From the human T2T-CHM13v2.0 reference genome, Homo sapiens: DNA of 64,000 nt. Made by a program: the position numbers and the translations under genes. The notes under the pieces are model-generated. The model was not told the origin of the DNA. It did no database searches and saw only the letters and a list, made by a program, of their open reading frames with translations. This document shows, one piece after another, positions 41,089-57,740 of the stretch. The DNA lies in assembly GCF_009914755.1 (NCBI RefSeq), contig NC_060938.1; one strand, written 5' to 3'. The stretch's first letter is position 1. Every line of letters starts with the position of its first letter.

Positions 41089-42118
41089 AACTTACTTTCT
41101 CTTACAGTTTCCAATGTTGTGATTTTATTTGTCTAAAGGTTTACATTACAGAATGGCTTGGGCTTTTACAGGTGAAGATGTACCACAGCCTAATCACATC
41201 TCCTAAAAGCTGTACTCAAGTGAAGTGTTATATAAGATGTTCAGCTTTTTATGACACAAGTGTTGCTGATAGCAGTGTTTTAATGGGCTCTCCTGCCTGG
41301 CAGTATCCCTTCTGTTTGTATTAGGTCTCAAATCAAATAATATAACTCAGTGCCTCCATATGTATCATTCATGATGACCTAATCAGTAGGCTTTTATGTC
41401 AGTTGTAGAAAATTAGGCGTTATTTTCCATCTTTCAGGTTACAGGAAAATTGGCAAGAATTGCATTTTGATTTATGTTCTCTTTGTGAACTACACTTAGA
41501 CATTTGATTCTATTAACTGAATTAGTATGTGGAAAGCCTTGTGAAAGATTGGCTATTCAGACAAGTTTATAAACATCACTTGCTCCCTGCACAAAGGAGG
41601 GATGGCAAGAGTTATAGCTTAAGAAAAAAAATATCAGATACATTTACTGTGACTAACGGCACTAACATGGCCCGTTCTTGCTCCATTACTGTTTATTGTC
41701 TGCTTTTCAACAGCGCTTTGCATTTTCTCTAAAGATTCTGATTCAGGGATGAGCAGAGTGTTCTTCAAACAAGAACACGCTCAATCTGCAGCATGTCGAT
41801 AGCAAAGTGCTGATGGACATTATTCAAGAATTCTGATATGTCAGGAACTGTACCCCTGTGGCTCATAATGGGAAGGAAGCGAGGTTATTAGACTGATTTG
41901 CAAGGCCGCACTTCAGTTTTGTCTGACTGACAGTGCCAGGAAAGACAGAGGTCCTCATCCTGTGCCTCGCAATTAATGTGTTTACAATTCCTGTCATTCT
42001 GTTAAGCAGCTTGTGCCTGAAAGTCACCGATAATTTTGTGGTCTGAGTAGCCTCATCTCCCCACTACCCTCCATCTTTCCAAGGAAAATCGGTGTTCAGT
42101 TGGCCAGGAATGCTTTTG

Positions 42119-42514
42119 TTTTTGTTTTCGTTTTGCTTTGTTTTCAGATTTGCCCATTATTTTTAATTTTTTTTTATTACTTTATTGAAAAGAATGAGAC
42201 CATGTCCTTTGCAGGGACATGGGTGAAGCTGGAAGACATTACCCTCAACAAACTAACACAGGAACAGAAAACCAAACACCACTTGTTCTCACTTATAAGT
42301 GGAAGCTGAACAATGAGAACACACGGACACAGGGAGGGGAACAGTACTCACAGGGGCCTATCCATGGGAGGGTGTGGCAGGGACAGCATTGGGGAAAAGA
42401 GCTAATGCGTGCTGGACTTAATACCTAGGTGGTGGGTTGATAGGTGGAGCAAATCACCATGTCACACGTTTGTCTATGTAACAAACCTGCACATCCTGCA
42501 CATATACCACAAAA
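42119..42514. mobile_element. L1PA8-10-like insertion with tail on - strand and body on + strand
   Basis: Perfect 14-bp TSD CAGGAATGCTTTTG (42105-42118, 42515-42528). T-rich tail 42119-42186, + strand L1 3' body 42187-42514. Confidence 0.85.
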
Positions 42515-42689
42515 CAGGAATGCTTTTGAATGGACACCAAAGGATTTGTGAAAAGATCACAGTGTTAAGGTCAGCATAATTCTTTAAAAGAAGAGAAATC
42601 TAGGCTGGACCACAATAAAGACAGTTTCTTAAGATACGGGTTTTCATCAGTCTTTCATTAATGAAGAACAAGAAACTTCATTAGAAGTT

Positions 42690-43160
42690 CATTTTTATAG
42701 CTTTATTGAGGTATAATTTATATAGCATAAATTCTCCCATTGCAAGTGTACAACTGAATGATTTTTAGAAAATTTATAGAGCTACATACCCGTCACTACA
42801 ATACAGTTTTAGAACATTTCCATTACCCCCAAAAGTCCCTTTGTGCACCTCACTTGCAGCTAATCCTTGTTCCCACCCTGGCCCCTAGTGGCCACTGATC
42901 TGCTTTCTGCCTCTATACCTTTGTCTTTTCTGGATATATTATATACACGTAATTCTGTAATACAGAGTCTTATGCATTAGGATTCTTTCACTAAAGAAAC
43001 TGTGTTACAGCTCACCAGTAATTCACTCCTTTATATTGCTGAGCAGTATTTAATTGTATGTTTACCCATTTACCAATTGGTAGTCATTTAGATTATTTAT
43101 AGTTTTCAGCTGTGATGAATAATGCTGCGATGGACATTCATATATATGTCTTGTCTTTAT
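42690..43160 (-). mobile_element. L1M 3' end
   Basis: tttttatagctttattgaggtataattta..ttttagaacatttccattacccc. Confidence 0.8.
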
Positions 43161-43684
43161 GAGGCTTTTTCACTAAAAATAGAGTAAAGTTTACCCCAGA
43201 AAATTAGTTCTTTTCCTAAATGTCATAATTCTAAACTCTACTGGAATGGTAAAAATCTACAGAAAATAGCAACACCAGAAAGATTTTAAAAGAATGGAAA
43301 GTCTGACCTGATTTATTACAATCTGCTGAATTCTTTACCTGACTTTTCTCAACTTTATTCTGGGTCCACGTTAACTGTATACAGAGAAATGACACAAGGT
43401 CAAGTCAAAATGCTAGAGAAGATAGCCTTTATCAAGGGTTATATACTTTTTTCATTCCAGTTTACAATAGTCCAAAGAACACAAAAACTTCTCTGGCATT
43501 GACTCATTCAATGCCGTGGATTTCTTGAGACGAACACAACAACAAATTCCCTATTCAGACTTGATTCCCAGTTTAAATGTTTGTTCTAAAAAAAGCTTAC
43601 TCTATCCTTTTTCATCTCAAAACTGAAGGCTTTTACTACCAATTTATAGATATGGAAATAGTTTCATAGCAGGGAGACTATCCC

Positions 43685-44062
43685 TGTTATGGAGTGAATG
43701 TTGTGTCCCCTCTAAATTTATATGATGAAGCTCTAACCTCCACTGTAATGGTATTAGGACATGGGGCCTTCAGGAGGAAAATAGGCTTAGATGCAGTCAG
43801 GAGGGTAGAGTCCACATGATGTGATTAGTGCCCTTATAAGAAGAGACCAGAGAGCTGTTGCTCTCTCTCCAGCAGATGAGAATATAGCAAGAAGACAGCC
43901 ATCTGCAAGCCAGGAAGACAGCCTTCACCTGATAGCACCTGGCAGTACTGGCACCCTGATCTCAGACTTTCAGTCTCCAGACTGTGAGAAATAAATATCT
44001 GCTGTTTGTAAAGACACCCAGTCTATGGTATTTTGTTACAGCAGCCAAAACTGACTAAAACA
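43685..44062 (+). mobile_element. MLT1A-like solo LTR
   Basis: TGTTATGGAGTGAATG..CTGACTAAAACA. TSD ATCCC/ATCTC. Confidence 0.88.
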
Positions 44063-44974
44063 ATCTCTTTTAATGGTCTTCACCCCACTCTTTCTTTCTC
44101 AAAACCAAACTAATGAAATTGTGGAAATTAAAATAAATATCATTTTGTCATTTATTTGTTTCTAGTGTAAATTCTTATCTTGGAAGTGTATAAAATTAAG
44201 GAAGATCAAGCAAGGCACTTCACTTGTTTTTGGTAGTTTACAAATAATTTTTCAGAGGCTCTTCTTTTGTAATAAACATACTACTGCAGAGTTTTTCACA
44301 TTAAAGAATGATTTTAATTGCTTCAGTGCCAACATTTTTAATAAGGGCAAACATCCCAGAAATTACAATGTAAATCACTGGGGAAATGTAGTTATCTCTA
44401 CAAGACATGTTCAGGGTGATCCTTGAGTGGCAGAGCACTCGGTAAATCGGGGTGCCTCCGCAATGCACATAAGTATTCCGGTGTATGCAGCCTTAACTGA
44501 GGTCTCTGATAAATCTCTCTTGTTTAATTGGCAGAAGGTGCGTGAGGAAGGAATACACCATGACCACATGGTTTCTGGAACACTCATGAGCACAAACTGT
44601 GCTAACCATTGTAACCACAGCAATGACTTTGTCATAAACACTTGTTGTGATAAAATAGAGAAGTATATCAAAAATTCTATACAACCAAAAAAAAGTACAT
44701 AGAATATTATCAAGAGGATTTGTCTCTGGGACAATCAGTAAACAACCTTAGACTGTGGGAATACCTTTTGTAAAGGCATATGGTCAGAGAGAAAGGATAC
44801 TAGACAGCATCAGCCATAACCCAGACAAATACCTTTCCAAAAAGTGATTCTAATTACAAAAGACTAATGTCTGTCTACGTTTTAAAAATATTTATCTGAG
44901 AAATACAGCTTTTTAAAGGAATTAAATTTTGCTTCCTTTACCACCTTCTTGGTTTTCAGGACAAAATAAATGGT

Positions 44975-45280
44975 GGCCAGATGCAGTGGCTTAGGCCTGT
45001 AATCCTAGCACTTTGGGAGGCCAAGGTGGAAGAACTGCTTGAGTCCAGGAGTTCAAGACCAGCCTGGACAACACGGTGAAACCGTGTCTCTACAAAAAAC
45101 ACAAAAACATTAGCCAGGCATAGTGGCATGTGCCTGAAGTCTCAGCTACCCGGGAGGCTGAGGAGGAAGGATCACCTGAGACCTGGAGGTTAAGACTTAC
45201 ATTGAGCCACGATCACACCAGCCCTCCAGCCTGGGTGCAAAGTAAGACCTCATCTCAAAAATATAAATTTAATAAATAAA
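44975..45280 (+). mobile_element. AluJ-like (candidate donor copy)
   Basis: Full dimer with A-rich tail. TSD ~AAATAAATG. Confidence 0.88.
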
Positions 45281-46065
45281 TGCATGGCATTCTTTTTATG
45301 CTCTGCTGATATAGGAACAACAGTTGTTTAGGGCATATTGAATATGAAGTGCCCATGGAATGTCAACTATAAGTATGATATAGTTGGAAATACCAGTGTG
45401 GAGCCCAGAAGAAAGATCTGGCTATAGATATACAATGGTAATTCATTCCCATACAGATGCCAAATAAAGTCATGATAGTATATAAACCGGTAAAAGGATA
45501 ATTTGCAGATGGAACAGAAAGCTAGGCGAAAATTCTCCTAAATTTGCAAGATAAAAAAACTGCAGAGGAAGAGGAATCTGCGAAGGTTGATGGGATGTTA
45601 CAGAAGCCAAAGGAAATGAGTGTATAAAGTGAATAGAGGAGGAGGGAGTGGGGCATGAGCAGTGCCAAATGCTACAGAGAGGTCAGGTATGGGAAATCCT
45701 AAAACATCCATTTGATTTAACAGTCAAGAGGTTATTAGTACTCTTTTATTTTTGGTCTACATTTAAGGGGTACAAGTGCCATTTTGTTATGTGGATATAT
45801 TGCGTGGTGGTGAAGTCTGGGCTTTTAATGTATCCATCACTTGGATAATGGACATTATATTCATTAAGTAATTTCTCATCATCTACCCCAATCCCAGCGC
45901 GCACTTTTCCAAGTCTCCAGTGTATATTAGTCCATACTCTATGTCTATATGTTACACCAAAAACATACCTGCACTCATATGTTTATCGCAGCATTATTCA
46001 CAAGAGCAAAAATACGGAATTAACCTAAGTGTCCAGCAACGAATTACTGGATAAAGAAAACATGG

Positions 46066-46487
<422 letters not shown>

Positions 46488-47174
46488 ATGGAATACTATT
46501 CAGCCATAAAAATGAAATCATGTCTTTTGCAGCAACACGGATGAAACTGGAGGCCATTATCTTAAGTGAAACAACTTAGAAAGAAAAATATTGCATGTTC
46601 TCTCTTATAAATGAGAGCTAAATAGTGTGTATATGTGGACATACAGTGTAGACTGATAGATATTGTTGGTAATCTTAACCAGACCACAGTAGACTGAAAG
46701 GTGGAGAGAACAAAGAGATACAACCATTGGGGACTATTCTTTCAAGATGTCTGTCTCTGAGAAGAGGGAAAGAGACAAGTCAATAGTGGGAAGAAGAGAA
46801 TATATGAAGTTAAAGACACATAGAGTTAATTAGTTATTTAGGTAACTCAATATACTAAAAGAGGTTGGGGTTCTAATGAGAAAGAAGTTGGGGAGGAAAC
46901 ATGGAAGACATAGTTAGAAAAGGAAGTCTCATTGACATATGTTAGATATTCAGGCCATAAGTTTAAGCACTAGTGCTCCAGTTCAACAGCTCTCTGTTTT
47001 AAGCATGAGGATCCTAGGGTTTCTAGCCAGGATATCTAGCAGCTTTCCTTTACTGAGGCAGAGTTCTAACTTTCAAGACCCTCTCACCACAATTGTGTCT
47101 ATTTCTGCTGTCACCACAATGTGCCTTGGAGCCTTGACTCTGCCCTGACATCTGTCTTTGTCATATTCTGAGGG

Positions 47175-47261
47175 CAGGGTTGCCAGATAAAATGTAGGAT
47201 GACCAGTTAAACTCGAATTTCCAATAAACAATAAGTTTTTATTTAGTATAAATATGTCCCA
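47175..47261. mobile_element. MER53-like hAT element, one arm only
   Basis: CAGGGTTGCCAGATAAAAT..CAGTTAAA..TAGTATAAATATGTCCCA. Confidence 0.75.
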
Positions 47262-47694
47262 TTCAATACTCAAAACAGCTCATAACCCTCTTTCCATTAA
47301 CCCAAGTATATGCCGAGTGCATATGCAGAAGAGTGAGAGACATGCGTAGTGTTTAGTCTTTAAAAAAATGAAAAACACATTTTGCCCCAAGTATTTTTCC
47401 CCTTCATTTAAAAGTTAAGTTGTGTATTTCAAAGATAAATCTAAGCCATGTGTCTCAGCTCTTCCCTCTAATAGCAAACTGCTCTGAAAGAACTCACTGT
47501 CATATCAAGGACTTTCAGAATGTCATTTTTTATTCCAAATAAGAAAACTATATTTTTCCTAAACACACAAAAACAATCTCAAAAATACACACATATGGCT
47601 CTAGCTCACTTCTCATGAAATAGAACAATAATCTATTATCACTTGACTGATTTATATTCATTCTGAAGATACCCATCATCTGATCAGTGTCATC

Positions 47695-48560
47695 GGCAGC
47701 TTAACGTTTATTAAGAAACTATCATGTGCCAGGCACAAGGCTATGTACTTTATAAACGTTAGTTCTCATCTCAATCACCCTGACGTGAACACATTATTGA
47801 CCCATTTAATAGACAAAGTCATCAAAGTCCCAAGAGGTTAAGTAACATGTGAAGCACATCAAAGGTTAACACAAATTCTGCCTAACATAGAGGCCCACAC
47901 TCTTTCCATTTTCCTAGATGGTAGCATGTTCCCTTATAGTTAAGAGAAAGCTAAACCATCCCTATTGTCTCGAGGCTGAAGATCTTAATGAAAGACATAG
48001 ACAAAAACACAATGACACAGAGTTGAGTAACCCATATTTAACTCAGTGGAGAACAAGGCACTAAGATGGTACATGAAAGGATCTAAAAAAAAAAAAAAAC
48101 AACGTTTTACAAGAAAATAGTTTCTGCAATGTATTTAAAAATTACCCAGATTCTCTTTATTAAGATAACACTTAATACATCCTATCTCTAGTGTTCACAG
48201 CTTTTTTGGAGGAGTGGGAGTTCTATGTGTCTTATAATTTTTGGATTATGAGGATATAAGAAAAGAAAAAGAGCATTTTGAAAGCATGCGTTACAGAAAG
48301 TCCAAAGAAAAATGAATCAAAACACAGGTTCTGAATACAGACACTTTGGGTTCCAAACCAAGTTCCGCTACTTACTTGCCGATTATTCGATTACGGTCCC
48401 TTTACTTAACTACCCTGTACTTCAGTGTCTTCATCTACAAAATGGACATAATAATACCTATCTTATAGAAATGTTATAATAATTAAATGAGATTATATTT
48501 TGAAAATAGTTGGCCTCATTCCTGAGACATAATAAGCACCCCGTGACCAATGGTTGTGGT
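47695..48560. mobile_element. Two MIR fragments (- at ~47695-47910, + at ~48320-48560)
   Basis: atgtgccaggcac..agaggttaagtaac; cttcatctacaaaatgg..aattaaatgaga. Confidence 0.65.
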
Positions 48561-49128
48561 TGTTGCAGAACAATCCAGTAGAACACTTTGACAGCCATCG
48601 TACAGTCATGGAGGCCAACGAGGCAACATTTTCAAATAATCACAGTCCATGAATAGGAAAAGGAGAAACCGAGCTAAGAACTTGGCCACACTGGGAAGAA
48701 GGGGGATGAAGGGTAACTGCTGGAATTGGCACATAAGGAGACACAAAAGGGCTAGGCAACAAACTTGCTATGTATAACAAAGAAAGACAGCTTACTTGTG
48801 TGTTTGTGTGTAATTTTCTGTTGAATATTTCATACAGGAAAAAATAAAGCACCAAAGAAATTATTTTCATTGGATTAGGAAAAATTTTAAATTAAGAGAT
48901 TCAAAATTTATGTGGCTTTGCTTTAGAAATAACCATTAGTCCATGTACCTCTAGCCTGAAAGCAGCTATATTATTATTACTAATGGGAATCACACATTAC
49001 AACTTTTTTAAAAGTGGAAAAGACAACTGATTGTCATTTTTTTGTTGGTTAATAATAATGGAACTCTTCCTTTGAGGAAAAAAACAGCATATTTCTACTT
49101 TAAGTTATTTTTCTGTTTTCTTAGAATA

Positions 49129-49373
49129 AGAGTCAGCAAACTACATAGCTTGTGACCAAATATGGCCCACTGTCTGTTTTCATAAACAAAGTTTTACTGG
49201 AACCTGGCCTCATTCATTTTTCTACATTCATTTTCTACATACTGCATTCATTTTTATGGCTACTTTCGTGTCAGAATCTCAGAGCAGAGCAAACGTAACA
49301 GAGGCTGTACAACCCACAAATCCTAAAATATTTAATTTATACGACCCTTCACAGCAAAAGTGTGCCAACCCCT
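49129..49373 (+). mobile_element. MER58A-like element with internal 14-bp tandem duplication
   Basis: gtcagcaaactac..aaagttttactggaac..tgccaacccct; ATTCATTTTTCTAC x2. Confidence 0.8.
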
Positions 49374-49395
49374 TTCATACAGTTATGAGGTATTT

Positions 49396-49754
49396 TGTAT
49401 TACTATGCTCTGGCTACCGTAATAAAATACCATAGACTAGTTGTCTTAGACAACAGACACTTATTTTCTCCAGAGGCTCTCAGAAGTCTCAGATGAGGTT
49501 GGCAGCATGGTCGGTTTCCAGTGAAGCCTCTGTTCCTAGCTTGTAGGCAGGGGTGGGGAAACATCTGGCCATGTTCTCATGATGTGGGAGAGAGCTCTTT
49601 GGTGTATCTTCTTATAAGGACACTAATCCTATTGTATCAGGGCCTCATCCTATGACCTTATTTAACCTTAATTACCTCCTTATCGGCCCTAGTTACACTG
49701 GGGGTTAGGACTTTAATGTAAAGATTTGAGGAGGATGTAATTCAGTCCATAGCG
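49396..49754 (-). mobile_element. MLT1A-like solo LTR
   Basis: aaaataccatagact..cttataaggacactaatcc..attcagtccatagc. TSD TATTT/CATTT. Confidence 0.82.
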
Positions 49755-51199
49755 CATTTCACACCTCCAAACTCTGATTTTAATCTGAAATATCCATGGC
49801 CTTTTATCCCCAAATGTACCTTCTAGTGTGCTTTTCTAAATATATCTAGAAAAAATGTTGAAAAGAAAGTACAGTGGAAAATTTCTCTGTTGACTGTGAC
49901 TAAAGAGACTATCTAGAAACCTTGCCACAAATGGTACCCATACCAAAGCACTTGAACTTGGAGAAAAATAAAGATAAAATGACTTCTGGAAAGCAGGACA
50001 AATTTCTCCACTGCGAAACTGAAACACACCCATTAATCCATCCCACAAATGGTAGTTTCCATCATATGGATGATCTTTTATTTTACTGGGCAAAAAAACA
50101 GCAGTAAAGTCCTTCAGGGTAATCTGTGATCAAGTGGGGTTTGAAGATTCAAATAAGCATTGATGGGTCAAAGTCAAGTTGTGGGCCTCATCATTCTTGT
50201 GCTATTTACAAAAAGGATATAACTCTATTTCTCCAACAACCACGGAGTATTTTAAGAGACACTACCCCATTCATCTTCTGAGTGCTCCTTGAAGCAAAGT
50301 GTCCCACATTTTATTTCTATTTTACAAATGAGAAAACTAGGGCAGAGAGCAGTTATACGCTTCTCCCCAGAGAGAATCAATCTCTAGAAGAACTAAAGAT
50401 ATAATAATTTTAACTCTTTTTGTTCTCTATGAGTTCAACCACAAATTAGTATATTCCATACCTCTCCATGAATAAAAAGGGTCTAATGCTCATTGGATAA
50501 AATATCATTCACACTGTAGTCATTGTGTATATTTCCTGCCATGTCAATATGGTGGATGACACTTTCACTTTGGTGCTTTTAAGGACTCCCTTCTTTATTA
50601 TAGGTACAGAAACATGAACAACCATAAGAAAGAAATTATAAGCCAAATTAGATAATGGACAGAGCACCAAAAGTGTTGGTTTGAGATCCTAGCACCATAC
50701 TGTCTTATGACATAGAAATAGGCACTAGCACCATCTAGTGAGAGACCAAAGTAACTCATGGATTATTAAGAGGGTTTGTCACCCAGGGGGTTCCTCTCAT
50801 CGAGAGGTTTCAATTATTTCCAGATCAAAGTTTCTTTGGGCTTTATCTGACTCCTAAATAAGCAAGAATATCCTTATTAAAGTCACTGTAGGAGTGCAAG
50901 GGTTGAGCTTGGGTTGCTTGTTGTATTTTATTTTCCTGTGACAGAGTAAAAATGGCAAGGGCTAGAAGAGGTTGAGACCCAGTTGAAATCTATTCACCAC
51001 CAGCTCTTTGGTTTTACACGAATTACCCAATCTCTCCAATTGTCTGTTTCTTCATCAATATAACGAAGATAGTGCCCATTTCATGGGTACTTGGGAAGAT
51101 TAACGTTATAAAATAAATTTATGTTTCTCTATATGTTGACTCTCAACAAATATTAGTTTTCTCTTTCTCACAAAGGATTCCTGAGATTTTTTCACATAG

Positions 51200-51622
51200 C
51201 ACTTGGTATGCCATAACAAAGCACAAGAGACTGGGTGACTTAAAAAAAAAAACAGATATTTATCTTATCACAGTTCTGGAGGCTTGAAGTCTGAGGTCAA
51301 CGGGTCAGCAAGATTGCCTCTTTCTGAGGGCTATGAGGGAAAGATCTATTCCAGGACTGCCTCCTTGGTTTGTAAATGGCTGTCTTCTCCCCATGTCTTT
51401 TCACATCATCTTCCCTCTGTATATACCTGTGTCCCAATGTCTTTTTCTTATAAGCACAACAGTCAAATGGGATTAGGGCCTACCTAATGACCTCATTTTA
51501 ATTAAATTACCTCTTTAATGATGCTGTCTCAAAATACAGTTAAATTCTTAGGTACTGGGGGTTAGGATTTCAACATATACATTTGGGGGGATTTTGGGGG
51601 CACACAATTTAGCTCATAAGAA
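51200..51622 (-). mobile_element. MLT1B/C-like LTR
   Basis: gccataacaaa..cacagttctggaggc..ggtactgggggttaggatttcaacatat. Confidence 0.8.
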
Positions 51623-53702
51623 GCACAGTAAGCAGACATCCATACAGCAAGTTAATAGCAGAGGCAGGATACATCCCAGCCCTGGGCTAGGGTGACATAG
51701 CCATGCTGTCCCTGAGAGAGGTAAACAGAAAAATAAAGTTTAATGGATCACATGGAATATCCCACTTACTTTTGTTTAAGTCAAACTATACCATCTTTTT
51801 CCTCCAGGAAAAAGGTTTCTGCGATTCTATAAGTATGACAATGTATTGTTAATTATAGCAAGTTCTTAGGTTCCCCAGGTAACTTTGAAGGTGGAATCAA
51901 AACATTTGTCCTATCCTCTAAATTGACTGAATCCACCATTCCTCAGTTATTACGCTACTCACCAGTGCTAAACCAACTTTGAGGAACTTCATTTCACTGT
52001 TTAGCTGACTCAGGAGGGGCTTTTTGTAATGTCTAGCTAATCTACAGCACAGCTCAGAATCTTCAGCAGCTAAAAAACTGCACTCTCCAGCTTTTATTCT
52101 AAAAAAAAAAAAAAAGTCTGCCAGCACTTTCAAAATGTATTTTGTGAGGTACACAAACATTAATATAAGAATAGCAAAGATCGTCCACCTCGTTGCTCTC
52201 CTATTAAGCAGATTCCCCTTTTACAGTCTCCCGCATAAGCAGCCTCTGCACTTGAGGTTTAGAGAAAACAGAATTGCATTGCTTTCTCTGCCTGCTGTAC
52301 CGTGACTTCAACACCATCCTCCCCTTCCAACCTCCCCACCACAGCTACTCCCATGCCTGGCATCCAATTTTTCTCTGCCTGGACAAAACTTAAAACTCGT
52401 AATAAACACAAATAGGAGCTTCAGAATTGCTTATAATAGCACTCCCTAGTTATCATTATCATTATTACCTTCATTTATATTTTGAGTACCTATTTGAGAT
52501 GTCTTCATCCACAGAAAGAAAACTCGGTGAAAAGATAGCAGGATCAAACAATACTCAGTTGTGAGAATCCAAATAAAAGCGGGTCTGAAAGATCAGGTTT
52601 GAATTTTTCTAGTTAAATTGCATATCATATTCAATTTCAAAGCTGGCTTGTGATATATTTACCCCAGTGTCTCATCCTCAATTTAAACTGTCCATGTTGT
52701 GCTGCCATGAACATTTAAGTACAGGGTTCCACACGGGCAACCCAGTAGTGCCATGTTTCAGCTCCAGCTTTGGCACCTCATTCAATCCTCAGTTACCACC
52801 TAACCCACTCCCTTAGTTCTCTCCTCTTTCTTCCACTACAAAGCTGATGCCTTGCTCTCCTTCAAGCTGGCGTATTCCCATTATACAAACATTACTGCTT
52901 TTACACCCAGCACCTGGATCTTGGTTTCTAATACCATTCTCCAACAATGGAACTGGGGCCGATTCTATGTCTGGAATACGGGGTATACAAGACGAGCCTA
53001 GGAGCATTCTGTAGTGTCAGAAAGTAAGGAAGTGCTAAAAATATTTAAAAATAAAAATATTTTTTAAAAGGATAGTTTATGTAAAAGGAACTAACCTGGA
53101 AGAGCTACAATGGCCAAAGCTGAAACGTTTTAACAACAAAATATAAAACATAGAATTAGATTATAGCACAAAGTATAAAATATACATGAGTCCATACTGA
53201 TATAAATAAATGAGTGAATAAATACATGGAGGAAAAAAGACAAATCTTACATGAGGAAAAATTCTAAATAATACTTGTAGACACTACATACATACCTTTC
53301 CAGGAGGTGGAATTAACCACCCCCTGCTTTAAGGGTGAGAGCTGGATTTAGTGACTAGCTTACTGAGTATGAAAAGGCAAAAAACATAAACTTATAGTGG
53401 AGAAACCCAGAAAACACTAGCTAAAGGGAGTGATCAAGATTAACATCACCAATGAGCATTCATCTTGATACCATATACACACTAATATGACACGCTGAGA
53501 AAGGCATATTACCTCTGTGGTATGTGGCCCTCATACTCATAACCCCAATATAATCATGAGAAAAACAACAGACAAACCCATATTGAAAAATATTCTATAA
53601 AATATCTGCACTTCTCTCTTCAAAATTATCAAGGTCACAGAAAGCAAGAAAAGAATGAGAAACTGTCACAGACCAGGGGATACCATAAAAATGTGACAAC
53701 TA

Positions 53703-56030
<2,328 letters not shown>

Positions 56031-56519
56031 AGAAAAAGGACACTCATGGAAAAATTGATACATTCTTAATAAAGGCTGGAGTTTAATTAATAATAATATA
56101 CGAATGTTAATTTCTTATTTTCAGTCACATGGTTATATAAGATGCTGACATTAGAAGAAAATGAGTGAAGGAAACATAAGATTTCTTTGTACTACCTTTG
56201 CAAACTTTCTGTAAGCCTAAGATTACTATAAATGAAAAAGACAATTTTTTAAGAACTTAAATGTTACTTTTGCTGCTTAAAATTTTGTTCCCCTAAGACT
56301 TTAGTTTACCACTACAGAGTCTCCCTTTATGAAAAGGGTAGTGAAAACGTAGAAAAAGGAAGAACATTACTAAAATGAAGACACAACCTTGGGGGATAGA
56401 AGTATGCTCATCTCTGTATGTTTTATTATAAATAGATAAATAGATGTAGGTCTAGCTGATCATATACCACAAAATTGATACATTTAAAGTATAAAATTTA
56501 TGGACAAAAACCAATGTTA

Positions 56520-57740
56520 TACTTTTATTATGTATCATAAGATGATACACCATAAAATAGCATAAAATCAACATTTTTAATGTATACAATTCATTGGTTT
56601 TTAGTATATTCACAAAGTTGTGCAACCATTACTACTATAATTCCAGAACATCTTTATCATCCCCCCTCAAAAAAAAAACAAAAAACCATGCCCATTAGCA
56701 GTTAATCCCATTCCCTTTCCCATGGCCTCTCACAATCACTAATCTATTTCCTGTACTGTGGATTTAGCTACTCTAAACATTTCATAAAAATGAAATCATA
56801 CAATATGCTGCCTTATGTGTCCAGCTTCATTCATTTAGCATAACGTTTTTAAGAGTCATCCATCTTGAAGCATGAGTCAGTATTTCATTTCTTTTTTTGG
56901 CTTAGGAATATTCTATTGTATGGATATACCACAATTTGTTTATCCATTCATCAGTTGATGGGCATTTGGGTGTTTTCTACCTTTTGGAAATTATGAATAA
57001 TGTTGCAGTGAACATTCTTGTACAAGTTTTTGCGTGAATATACCCTTCTCTAGGGTATATTCCTAGGAGTAGGATTACTACATCATATGTTAACTTTATG
57101 TTTAAGCTTTTGAGGAACTGCCAAACTGTTTTTCAAAGTGCCTGTACCATTAATGTTCTCAGCAATGCCTTAGGGTTCTCAGCAATGCCTTAGGGTTCCA
57201 ATTTTTCCGTATCCTTGCTAATACTCTTTTATCTGTCTTTTTTATTATAACTATCCTAGTGAGTGTTAAGTGGTATTTCATTGTGGTTTTGATTTGCACT
57301 TCCCTGATGGCTAATAACAGTGAACATCTTTTCATGTGCTTATTGGCAATTTCTCCATCTTCTTTAAAGAAATGTCTGTTCAAATCCTTTGCCCATTTTT
57401 TAGTTGGGTTGTCTTTTTATTGTCGAATTATAACAGTTCTTTATATAATCTGGATACTAGATCTTTATGAAATATATAATTTGTGAATATTTTCTCATAT
57501 TCTGTAAGTCCTCTTTTGACTTTCTAGGTAGTGTCCTTTGATGCACAAAAGTTTTTAATTTCAATGAAGTTGAATTTATCTATTTGTTCTTTGATTTCTT
57601 GTACTTTTGGCATTATATTTAAGAAATTATTGCCTAATCCAAAGTCATATAGATTTACATCTATGTTTTTTTCCTAATACTTTTATAATTCTAGCTCTTA
57701 CATTTAGGGCTCTGATTCATTTTGAATTAAATTTTGTAAA
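56520..57740 (-). mobile_element. L1MB-type 3' end
   Basis: ORF 57159-57383 (REVQIKTTMKYHLT), ttttagtatattcacaaagttgtgcaaccat 3'UTR. Confidence 0.85.
57155..57198 (+). repeat. Perfect 20-bp tandem duplication
   Basis: GTTCTCAGCAATGCCTTAGG x2 plus GTTC. Confidence 0.95.

Noticed and set aside
40823-41122. 99-aa ORF with INLYKFILC repeats
   Set aside because: Artefact of the TA-rich tandem repeat
47175-47261. MER53-derived miRNA hairpin
   Set aside because: Only one arm of the palindrome is present, so no hairpin forms
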